From: Monocercomonoides exilis PA203 | Taxonomy: Eukaryota; Protista; Preaxostyla | NCBI GenBank assembly: GCA_001643675.2 | Contig: LSRY02000003.1 | Span: 1,302,001 to 1,366,000 of the forward strand | DNA: 64,000 nt | Reading direction: 5' to 3' | Shown here: positions 50,316 through 62,181 of the stretch, one piece after another | Layout: the number at the start of each line of letters is the position of its first letter | Position numbering within the stretch: the first letter of the stretch is position 1 | Made by a program: the position numbers and the translations under genes | Notes under the pieces: generated by a model | Databases searched by the model: none | What the model saw: the letters and a program-made list of their open reading frames with translations, nothing else | Told to the model about the DNA's origin: nothing

Positions 50316-50903
50316 ATGATGCTGTGTGTTGGGAATGAAAATGAAGTGAAAGTGAAAGGCGGGATGTTTGATGTATGCTGTTGCTCTGAAACTTATGGAA
50401 TTGCAGGAGGAATTCTTCTTCGGTTGTTGAATAAAAATCCCAATTTCCTGATCTCATCTTCGTTTGGCACAAACACAGCCAAATGGCGGAATGACATCAT
50501 TGTTATTTCTCCTAATCTGGAAGCAATTGTCAATCCTCAAAAGATCTCGTGTGTTTCAGCCTCTTTGTATTTATTTGACAAAGTGAGAGGATGTGACAAT
50601 GGAAATACGAGTGTGGCCATTCCTCTGTGCATCTATCTCCTTCACACTCCAGAAGAAATATATGTGAGCAATTCTGAGGCATCTGATCACTCACATTGCG
50701 GAATTGTCCAATTCCCTTGCTTGACAATGAAGCACTCCCTCACATGGTTGAAAGGAGAAAAGAAAGTTGTTGTGAATGGAATGATTCAGATGAGTGATGA
50801 ATTGGCCTTTGCTGATCGAAAGCATGAAATTCGAAGAAATGATGAACAAAGTGGTTTGATAGTCTCCGATGCAAGTTTTACATCGAATTTAGAGATAATT
50901 TAA
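50316..50903 (+). pseudogene. Isolated fragment of the giant surface-protein family
   Basis: Motifs GIAGGILL..SFGTNTAKWRNDII and IYVSNSEASDHSHCGIVQFPCLTMKHSL form one repeat junction; no signal peptide, TM or kinase region. Confidence 0.72.
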
Positions 50904-52008
50904 GCAATTGTTAAAAAAGTATTATCAAATCTTATCTTCTCTCTTTCATCATCATCATCTTCTTTTTCTTCTTCTTCTATTCCTCCTCCTCCTCCTTTTT
51001 CTTCTTCTCCTCCTCCTTTTTCTTCTTCTTCTTCTTCTTCATTTTCTTCATCATCTTCATCTACATCTTCGTCTTTGTCATCTCATTCATCACCATCGAC
51101 ATCAAAGCAAACAAAACAGTCTTCTTCTGCATGGTATACTTCCCCTTCCTCCAATTTTTTCTTTATCTTCTTTTTCTTCTGCTGCCTTTTCATCTTCGTC
51201 TTATTCTTCTTCGTTCTTATATCTTCTTTTGATGCTTTTTGTATTTTCAGAGCCAATGGACAAACATCATTATTTTTTGTTTTTGAAGAGAAAGACAATG
51301 AAACCACACAAAGTTTGCAAATGAACTGAAGATATCAATCTAATTGACAAATTAATGCGAATTGGCCAATATTATTTGTGATTGGGGTTTTATATTCCTT
51401 TCGAAGTCAACTTATCAAATGTGATATTTCGCCAACTGACAACATCAAACAAGTCATTTTCATCATCTTCTTCTGAAATGTTATTTAACTAATTGTTCAT
51501 CTCTCAAAAATTTATAATTTATATTCTTCTTCTTCGTCTTCGTCTTCTTCACCTTATTTGTCATTTTCCTCGTCATTTTCTTCCTCTTCCTCTTCTCCTT
51601 TTTCTCATCCAACACATCAAATTTCTACTCGTCCTTCGCCCAACCGCCGCTCTCAGCTTCCTCCCCTCACCACTCGCAACACACACATCCCATTTCATCC
51701 TAATTCTATCGATTTTTCTTCTTCTTCTTCAAATTCTTCAACAACAACAACAACAACAATTCCTTTATCTTCTACTTTACCTTCTTCTTCTTCTTCTTCT
51801 TCTTCTTCTTCTTCTTCTTCTTTCTTTTCAACAACTATCTGCATCTCACACATAAACAGCACTTTTATTGTGTCCTTGCTTAAATAAGAAGAATTACCCT
51901 TTTTCAGAATATCTTTATCTCCATCTCCACTCTAGCCTGTCACACACAAACGTCTGTTTGCTTTTTTGCAAACGTAGCTGCCACAAAATAATTAGCTTGT
52001 TTAATCGC

Positions 52009-54395
52009 TTATACAGTCTCCAAAAAAACAACTCTCATACACTCAAATGCATCGCTGCCCGCTTTATTTCCTTGACACCCAAACAGATACAGCGAATAAG
52101 CCAGGAAAAAATGGTTTTGCACACTTTGAGCATATAGAAAAGGCGCCACGCGTTGAAATTTGTTCTCTCGGCGTTCCTTCGTTAACTCTGCTTGCTGGAA
52201 CTTCGCAACTTGTGTAGTCTCTTCCTCATTTACGCATAGAGCAGAATTAACAGAAGCGGATTCATATACAGATACAGAAGCACAAGCAGAAGAAGAAGAA
52301 GAAGAAGAAGAAGAAGAAGAAGAAGGATTATCAGAAGAAGAAGAAGAGGAAGAGGAAGAAGAGTGGGAAGAGGAAGAAGAAGAGGAAGAAGAAGAAGATA
52401 AAGAAGAAGAATAGAAAGAAGAAACAAAGTTATCTTGCACATTCTCTGCTTCCATCTTCAATGCCATGTGAGTTACCAACGAAACAACCACTGAGAAAGC
52501 ATCGTCAGATAGAAATTGTGAACGAAGCATCTCAGCCGCATTCCCCTATCATTTGGACACATTCGACTGTCTTCTTTGAATAAACAACTCTTCGATACCG
52601 AGCCTCTTGTCTAACTTTTTGAATGAACCGGCCTCCGATCCTTCTGCACCTCTGCCTCCATTCACTCACCTAGTCAAGTCAGCTGTGTATCCGCATCAGA
52701 CACCCCATCAAACACGCCCTCAAACGCATGCACTGAAAGCATCGCTGAACAATTGCTCAGCATCTCCTTCACATAACCTGCTTCTGCTCCTTCTCTGCTC
52801 TGCCATGTTGCCTCAATTCCCTTCTTTGTTGTGAACTTCACCTTCGCCTAATCATCTGTGCTTTATCACAATAGACGCTGTAACTCCACAGCACAGTAAC
52901 CATTGCTTCATCACAATGTGCACATTCGCAAGACGGTTCAGCTCATCCTGGCTGATAAAGATACCACACACAAACTCGTTCTCCTCTGCTTTGTGCTCGG
53001 ACCATTCAACAAGAGCGTTAAGCATAACCACAAAGTCTTCCACAATCGCCTGCTTCATGCCTGCTTCACTCTCTGTCCCATGCTGCATGAGGATCTCGCA
53101 CAGCCCCAGAGCCAGATTTCCCTTCGGCTTTGTTCCTCAGCTGTATCTCCACCATTTCACCTGCATCTTAGTACAGCTTCATGACAGCGGCATGTTCAGC
53201 TAACCCAGCACATCAAAAGTCTCCCTGTTTGCAATGCGCGCACTCATCATTCGCTGATTTGTCAAGGTACTGCTCATCAGCCCTCGACCAGATAGAACAA
53301 CTTTGTCGCTCCGTTCTTCAAAGTGTACTAAATCTTTCCTCCCTTTTCCTCCCTCTTCTTCCTCTTCCTCCTCTTCTTTCTCTTCCTCTTCTTCTTTCTC
53401 TTCCTCCTCTTCTCACTCGGTACAAAGCAAGCAATTTTTTCCTCAATTTCTTCATAAGATATGTGTTTTTCCTCATTCGTTGTCAACCGTTCGTCGACAT
53501 GTGCACCTGTTCCACATCTTTTCCCACCCCCTCTGCACTTCCATCTGAAATTATCCCAAAGATCCATCTGCTGCTTCTTCTTCTGCTCTTCTGTTCTCCT
53601 GTTGAATGCCATCGGATGGAGAAGAACTGCACACTTCTGGTTCCACAGAATGCTGCTTGTCTGCACCCGCCTCAGCCTCTGCCTTCACAAACCTCAGCCC
53701 ACTCAGCCCAAGCGCCTCCACAATCAACGGCGCCATCGCCTCTTCCAGCTTCTCCTGGTTCTTTTTGATTCTCTCCACAAACTCTCTGTGCACTGTCAGA
53801 TACCAGCCTTTCACTTCATTTCCTCTTCCTTCCTCTTCCTCTTCTTGTTCCTCCAGAACTGCCGGCGCAATCGCTACAAGCGACATAACCACATCCTCCA
53901 TCCTCAGCCCCGCCGCCGACAGCCCCTTCTCCATAATCTCTCCCACTTCACGCACGGCAACCTCTCGCCCCATCACTTCCTCGTCCAGCTTCACCACCAC
54001 ACGCCTCGACTGTTGCGATCACCATATTTGCAGTGAAGGGTCAAACAGATCGCAGATCGACGGGAACGCATTCATACAGCCGACACAAAATTCTGCTTTC
54101 CCTCTGGCTTCGTGCCCACCGACGCTGCAAGCGACGGAAGCGGTGCCACCAGCGGAACCAAAAGCATCGCCGAAAGCGCCACATCGTATGCACACGCAAC
54201 ACCCCCATACAGCACCGCCCGCAGAGCCACAACATATCCCCGCAGCGTCTGTTGCTCCCTCAGTTACGACTTCTTTTGATTTTCATACACCCCAGCCGCC
54301 TCTCGACATCGTCCATCGCTCCAGCCGACGAGTTTGACGCCGCCACCGCCGAGGCATCCGAAGGGTCAATCGCAGTTGCTGATGATGACTGATCA
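52009..54395 (-). pseudogene. Decayed protein-coding gene of unknown family
   Basis: GC-richer, coding-like stretch whose reading frame is broken by stops and frameshifts (e.g. NAFPSICDLFDPSLQIW*SQQSRRVVVKLDEEV). Pieces at 53551-54000, 52852-53088 and 52009-52530. Confidence 0.55.
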
Positions 54396-55244
54396 TCCCC
54401 TGCTTCCTTCTTCTCTTCGCTTCTCCGCCTCCGGAATGGCGAAACAGATTGGCGTGCTTATCCAATTGAAAAAGATGAGGAAGACGAAGGTGCAATTCGA
54501 AGTTATAATTGCAGCAATGCATTGAAAACACAAGTATTGATTCAGTTTCCAAAGAAAAAAGTATTATAAGGTGAAAAAACAAATTGTTAACATACAATGA
54601 AGAAAAACAGAACACATTTTATTTTTGAATTGTATTGAAATAAAATGTGACGGCTGAGAAATGAAAAGATTTGTAAGAAAATGAAAGAATCAAAGAACAC
54701 TATTCATTATTAAACAATAAAAATGAAATACATGTTTTTTTTAGAACTTTTGATGATTACGCTTTTCTGTGTTCAATTTGTAGAAATGCCTCTTTATTTT
54801 ATAAAAGCATTTATTTTTTTTCAATGAGAACAACTGTTTGAATGATTTTCTATTGTTGTGCATTTTGTTTTGATGTATTTTTGCTTTTTATCACTTTCTA
54901 AAAAAAAAATATTGGAAGATAAATATTTATATCTAATTTACTAATAACAAAAAGAAATGTTAAAATATTGTTATTTTTCAAAATAAAAAAACGTGAATTG
55001 AAACGAATGAAATGAAAACGAAGAAATATTATCATATTATTAATTTGCTTCAAATAGCTCGAAAGCAGTTGCTCATATAAGTGTATTACAAAATATAGTT
55101 AAAAATTTATGTATTATTAACTAATTTAAATCCTGTTATTCTATTAAAAGCGAAATTAATAACAATTAATAACATTTATCAAACTTAAATGGGAACGGAA
55201 TGATCAACATTTTTTGATCATTTTCGATCTCTTTTTCAGATTAG

Positions 55245-55282
55245 TTAAACGTTTGCGACTTTTCAAAAAGAATGACCAATAT
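55245..55282. mobile_element. Solo TIR of the 19609-type MITE
   Basis: ttaaacgtttgcgacttttcaaaaagaatgaccaata matches ~19816-19852. Confidence 0.7.
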
Positions 55283-55615
55283 ATTTTCGATAACAATGAA
55301 TTTTCTTAAAAATTAATGTATACATCTGCGTCACCTTGGAAAATGTGAGCTCAAGTTAGTCAGTGATCGTCAGTTTTTTTTTTTTTTTTTTTTTTTTTCC
55401 ATTGTTAAAAACAAACGAATTTTTTATGTAATGCTTTGAAAGGGGTATAACACTTACCAATAATTCAAAATTATCTGAACAAATATTTTTGAATAATTTT
55501 CTATCAATAAACCTTAATAAATTATTCATTTATTTCAATCCTTTTTTAGGCTTTGACAAAAGTCAAAACTTTCTATCTGAATAAACAGTTGGATTCCTCA
55601 ATTTGTTTTTTAATG

Positions 55616-55872
55616 TGGGTGATTATTTTTGTATTCAAATTTTTTCATTCAAAAATTTCGGTTCAAAAATTAATCATAAATGTTAACCAAGAAACAGCGA
55701 AAAGTGAAGAAGCTCATTGAAGACAATTTTATCTTTGATTAGGTTAAAATATTTGTTTTCAAAACAGTTGTGATATTTTCAGCATTTGATCACAAAATCT
55801 CTTCAAAAAAACTTTTAATCTTCGAAAAACCGACACCCCGATAAAAGATATTATTTCAAAAATAAACACCCA
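55616..55872. mobile_element. MITE of the TGGGTGATTATT family
   Basis: tgggtgattattttt ... aaaaataaacaccca|ta; length similar to the 20265 copy, with the same subterminal ccccga.aaaag motif. Confidence 0.72.
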
Positions 55873-56564
55873 TATTATAAATACATCAGGTTAATAATAA
55901 CCAATTGATCAAAACTAAAATTGATTGAATGTTTTTTTTATTCAAATCTTAAGTTTACGAGACTTTTTTCTATCTTCATTTAAATACTTAAATTGAGTTT
56001 TTTTCAACCCAAACAATTTCATACGGCAATAAAATTCAAATTTGAAAACATAAAAATGTCATTTAATTGTTATTTTATGAATTTATCAAAAAAATTATTC
56101 AAAATTTTTATTTGGGAACAGTTGTTTTTGAGAAAGAAAGCCCAAAAAAAAGTTTTCAGATAAATAAAACATTTTAACATAACCAAAGAGTGTTGATGAA
56201 AGTTCACTTGAAAACATTTAGCCGTTTCATAACGCTTATTTTTTATTTTTTAGGTACCCTAAATGTATCCTTATGCCAGATCATTTATTACCGCAGTTGA
56301 AAATGAAATAAAACAAAATAAAATGTGCAAACATTTTTTTATCTATATTTTTTTCAAAATTATATCACATATTTTCACTGGAATCAAAATTTGAAATTCA
56401 TAAACTTCTTTTCCTATTTTGAATTTAACAATTTTGATGTTGAATAATTATATGTGAATATTTGAAAAATGATCAGAAATAACATTATTCAGTATTATTA
56501 AATCTTTCATTCGTTATTTTCCGAATTTCAGAGTCTTTTTGCACACCATCGAACATTTTATTTC

Positions 56565-58058
56565 ATGGAACACACTTTTTTATGTTGTGCTTTTTTTTCT
56601 TCTGAAGTATTATTAAATGGACGTTTTTATTTTGAAATCATTTTTAAAACATGAATTTTTACAGATTGTTTGAAGCAACTTCCATCACTAACCTTAAAAG
56701 ATCAGGAGTCATCTATCGAACGGATGAAGGTGTTGTGCAAACGGATGACGAAAAATGAATTTGAAAATAATTTTACTGTGGAAACTTTTGCATTAATGAA
56801 CGAGATGCTTATGAAGAAGCAAATTTCAATCCAATTACTAGCCCATCTTTTAATAAAAATAGGAATTTTATTCAGGCTATATGACTTGTATCCATATCCC
56901 CACCCCTTTGTCCAGTCACCACTATTTAATACTCTTGAAGAGATAATTATTTCGGAACTTAAATCTGAAGAAATAAAAGATGCCTCCGAAAAGAAATTTT
57001 GCATTTTATTGATTTGTGAAACATACCATCTTTTATGCCCACCTTCGCATAGTTACAACATTGGAGTGTTAACAAAAACTGTTCCACTTCTTTTGGAAGA
57101 AATGAATCCTCATAAATCTGGAGAGAAAAATTACATAACATTTGAGCTGGCTTTAATGTCTTTCAGGCAGGTTGATTTCCCACGTTTGCCAATTTTGATT
57201 AAAAAAATAATTTTTAATCTTTAAAATTATTTAAAACTACACATTTTTAAAGGTCATCTTTCTTATCTCAAACAATTTCCGCTTCGTGAAATGATGACAT
57301 TACTGTTGGAGGACAAGCAACTTTATCAATCGCTATCTACAACAGCAAGATGCATGGTGTGGTGGATTATTTGTAACTCTCGTCTGTTTGGGATGGAAGA
57401 TACTGAAAACGTGATGGTGCATTATGATCTTTTCAACGTTCTTGCCTCAGAGATTTACTCGCTAAAGCCTAAAAGTTACGCAATGGCAGAAGCAGATGAA
57501 TGCATTTCCTGTCCGCTGTATGATGCCAGACATGACGAGTGGACAAGAGAGGAGTGGGTGGAGCTAATGTGGATTTTGGCTGAAAGATGCTCATTTTTTG
57601 CTCCTTCTCTCTGTCACTCTTCACCCTTGCTGTCAGTTCTGCAAGATGTTGTCCACGAGACTGGGTCAAACACCGTTTCCACGCGGCGCTGGGCGACGTG
57701 TATTTTCCGCCGCTGCATTGAGAACTGCTGTGCTGCGGATCTTGCTCTGCTGGAAAACAGCACGTATGTTGATGCGATCATTAACAAAGTGACAATGTCG
57801 GACAACGACGACACAGTGACCTCATGGGCGATGCTTGGCGTTCGCTCATTTTTGGAGAGGTGCCAGAAGCAGCGGAGGCGCGAAGAAGACATCGACACGT
57901 GGAAAGAAATGGAGAAGAAGTTTGCTTCAATGCTTGAAGAGACAGGGATAACAGACACACTGTTGCCTGCTGCGTATTTGAGCGGAGACGACTATGGAAG
58001 GAAGGATTTGAGGACACATTCTTCTGCAATTCTGAGGTTTCTCCGATGCAGGAACTGA
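56565..58058 (+). CDS. Lineage-specific alpha-helical hypothetical protein (likely expanded family)
   Basis: Intron 57184-57252 joins ORFs 56670 and 57291 in frame. First exon is tentative (ATG 56565, intron 56584-56664). RMTKNEFENNFTVETFALMNEML resembles a recalled oxymonad multigene family. Confidence 0.7.
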
Positions 58059-58984
58059 CATCCTTGATTGATATGTTCAAATTTCGAATCAAGAAAAAAA
58101 ATATTCAATTTGAAAATTTTGAGAAAACTGCGTTGGATTCTTGAATCACCGAGTTTTAGGAATGATGCTAAAGAATGGATTTCATTTTCATTGATCATTC
58201 ACAGAAAGCATGTTACTTTCTTACTTTCTCTCTCTATCTCATTTGTGATTAAACAAGAATTGAAAGTCTCCGCTTTATTTTGTTCACCCAGAGAATAAAC
58301 ACCTATTTCTCAAAATTTCACCATTTACTTAACAAAGTTGAAGTCTCAAATATGTATGTTTTTATGTATATTTCAGAGTTTTTATTGTCAACAATTACTT
58401 TTTTATTTGAATGAAGTTGAGACTGCACTTGTTATTGAACATTTCGAATTATCAGTATTTAATTCCACTTCCTTTTTGTCAAATAGGAATCTTTAATAAA
58501 TTGAGAAAGCATATTCAAAATTACAACAATAATAGCAATAAAAATCAATTATCTTGATTGAAAAGAAACTTAGCTTAAAATAAGATTAAAGAATTGTCAG
58601 ATGGATCAGTATAAAAAGCTAACTTTCTTTTCATTTCAAAAAACTGCAGAATCCTTTTCGCAGAGTTCAAGAAAGATAGGAATAACTAATTATGTTTTTC
58701 ATTCATGATAAAAATCTCATTTTTGTGTTATCCGATTCAATAAAATCTGATCCAATATAAATCCTCGCTTTATCCAGAAATCATCTTTTGCTTAAAAAAA
58801 TTGAATTCGAAAGTTTCAATAACAATAACAACTACAAAAAAAGAAAAAATATTCAGTGAAATTAATAAAAAAAGTGAAAACATAAACTTCATTATTCCTC
58901 AAATATTATTTTTGAAATACAAAACAAAAATAAAAAAAAAAATTTCTTCTTCTTTTTATGATGACACAAAAAATTCATCCACAA

Positions 58985-61971
58985 TTAACCAGAGACTGTA
59001 TATTCTATTCGGTGGAGAGAAAGAAGAGGATTAACAGTTGGGCGAGAAAGACGCCGGAGGGTATGAATGCAGCAAGAATCCAAAGGAAAATACATTCGGC
59101 CCTATTATTAATTGATAAGTGAATAAATAGATTGAAATATCAGTTTCGTAGACAAGCAATGAACACATAAATATAACATTTTTGAATAAACAAATAAAAC
59201 CAAATAAATACACACTGCAATAATAACCGAAGCGGGAATGCCAGAATAATACAAATTTTCTTGCACCCCATTTTTAAATATATGCATCGTATGCTTGTCA
59301 GGGTTGTGGTTGATTTCAAGTATCAACTCGTCGCCTGTGCGAAAAGGAGAAGCAAGGCGCTCGCGATTAGCACCATTGTATCTTAAGCACCCGCTGAATT
59401 ATTCAATGAAATAATTGCAGTTGTTAAAGAATAATGATTTCATTGTATTTGAAATAGAATTTATCAAATGATTAATAAAATCATGAAAAACGAGTAAAAT
59501 TTCTTCAAAATTCGAAAAAGAGAGCAAACCAATCAGCACACAATCCAACACCATATTTCGCAGCACCAACCGCTTTTCCTGCTGGAGGGCAGCCCAAAGA
59601 TGTTGGAACTATCCCAAATACTAAAAGGAGAAAAAAAAAAGAATCAGGATTCGATGAAATATCAAAATAAAAAAAAGAATGATTAGAAAGTTAATAAAAT
59701 ATATTAAGAAAAAGAAGCAAATAATAACAATAACAATAATAAAAGCGAGACAAAAATATTTCAAATCGATAATTCACTTACACTTTACTTTCTCTTTCTT
59801 ATAAATGTTTATTTTTTTCCCCCTTTTAAATCATACTGAAATGTGAAGCTTCGTGAATGTTCAAAAACTTAATGACGATCTGCCATATCCCTTCTATCAG
59901 CGGGACAGGCACAGCGAAATTCTCGTTTCCAGGCAGCTTTTGAGTGATAACAGGACCTTCCACAAAATATTTTGTCTCATCGCTGAAAATAAAGTTAGTA
60001 AGCAGCATCGTTTGCTCAAACAATCCTGGATGTGCCATTTGCCTTTGCCTTCCGCTGGAAGAAGAAGGAGAAGACCGTAAGTTTTCTCTTTGATGTGCCG
60101 ATGAAAAAATGATCAAGTCTTCGTCGTCTTCGCTTTCTGAAGATTCGTCCTCATGCTTGTCTGAAAAGCCCCGATGAGCTGACTTTCCTATGATGGCATT
60201 TTCACCTTGTTCTCTTCTGATTCTTGAGAACTCTCTTTTTTCATTCCTCTTTCCGTCACCATCCTCATTCGTGACAGAAAAAGGAGGAGGTAATTCTAAC
60301 GCTAAACTGTCGTCCTTTTTCTTTGTTGTGCTAATTTGTTCTTTCAACGAGATGATTTTTTGATCTTTCAAAAGAAGCTCTTCTTTTAATGCTTCAATCT
60401 CGCTGGCTAAGTGACTCAAAAGTGCTTCATCTGCCTTCGCGTGCAGACCTTCTTTCTTTGCCTTCACTATCTGAGCTGTATTTATGATAGGCATTTCTAT
60501 TTTTGATTTTTCTTCTTCATTTTCTTCCTCCTCCTTTTCTTTCATCGCTATCAAATATCTCTTCATTACCAAAAAACAGCTGGCTGCCTTCTCTGCAATC
60601 ACCAGCTCGTCCACTTTCTTCATCCTCCTCACGAGTGAGAACAAACCGACGCCGATTTCCAGAGGCACGCCAAGTTTCAACAAGCACGAAAGAAGCGAGA
60701 GAAGAGAAGCAACAGCCTTTGTGGATGGCACAGTTGCAGCTGATGCAGTGAATGAAACAGCTTCTTTTGGATCTTCACTTTGTGCAGATGAAGAGGAAGG
60801 AGCTGTTGAATGGATGAAAAATGAAGGTGTGCCAGCTGAAGATGTAAAAGACGCTGAAGGCGACTGAGCAGATGGACTTGAATAAAACTTCGCCTTGCTG
60901 AATAAAGCTAAAGAAGATTCAGATTTTTTGCCATGTTGTTGGGATTCTCCTCTGGCCCCTGATAACGAATTTTGAGTGTTTGTCTTCGAGAAAGACAGTC
61001 CAGGCGCAGATAAAGGGCACGAAAAACTGTAAAATTTGGTAGAGCTTTGTGGATGACTTGATTCTGGACTATCTGCATTTTGTTTAAAAGAAGACTCGGC
61101 AAGCGAGGACGAAATTGAAGCAAACGATGAAGATGAAGCTAAAAATCCAGGAGCAATGAAAATTGAATTTAGAAGAAGAATAACAAAAGGATTATCAAGT
61201 AAAAATCAATTTTTTTTTGAAGAATTTATATCAATTTAGATTAATTTATTTAAAAATATTGTATTTTGCACACTTGATTCATGTGCATGTAAATATTGAA
61301 TAAACACTTCGTTCATCGACATTATAATTGGCGAGTTTGAAATAAGCACAGCTGCTTCGGGTTTATCTCTAAGATAAGCTTCCAACGAGTTTATGCCTGT
61401 AGAAGAAATTACTTGATCAGAAGACTTAAAAATTACAATTCAAGAAAAAGACAAAATAAAAGATATTCACAGTTAAAAAAACAAGAATGCTTCAATTCTC
61501 AAACAGCTGATATTTGTAGCAAGGCATCTGCAATTTCTGTTGATTGAAAATTATTATCACTTTCTGTATTGATAGCATGAGAAGCAAGAACACAAATCAA
61601 TGATTGACAAAGCTCTTGCGTATATCTGTTTTTATCTTGTTTTAATATATCTACTAACAACGGAAGAATATCAGCTTTCAAGATTTCTTCCGCATTTCGA
61701 ATATCTTCAAAGAAAATGAATGAACAAATAAAATGAAAAGAAAAATGCAAAATAAAATAATATTAGTAAATCAAACTGATTGAATAAAGACGGATTAACT
61801 CTTTTAAAATTTCAATTCTACGATCATCTTGATTCTTTAAATCATCTTTCAAAACTTGGAGAGAACGGAACTTCAGAAACGATTAAATAAACCATTTTTA
61901 TTGAACAATCACACATCGCATATCCCAAAAGTATCCGAAATAAATACATTTTCTGGATTTCCTCCAGGCAT
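58985..61971 (-). CDS. Protein with N-terminal ARM-like helices, a coiled coil and a C-terminal SPRY/B30.2-like domain
   Basis: Eight exons can be joined by GT-AG introns. C-terminus PLIEGIWQIVIKF..IFGIV..PFRTGDELILEINHNPDKHTMHIFKNGVQENLYYSGIPASVIIAGRMYFPLDS..TLRRLSRPT has a SPRY-type strand pattern. Stop TAA at 58987-58985. Confidence 0.72.
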
Positions 61972-62181
61972 TTGATTTAATAATATTTATTATTAAATTA
62001 AACTCAAAAAGGTTTTAAAATGAAGAGATTTCCTAATTAAACGGCAAATAAAAAAAGGATTATAAAATGAAAATTTGACAATAAACTAACTTTCAGAAGC
62101 TCTTGAGGTCGAGTTTTATTTGCCAATTAAACAAATTTATGATGGGCACAATCGGATAACACATATTATTTTTATTTAGAG
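61972..62181. promoter_or_regulatory. Probable bidirectional promoter (SPRY-like / calnexin-like)
   Basis: Divergent ATGs 210 bp apart; ATTTGCCAAT at 62118-62127. Confidence 0.5.
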
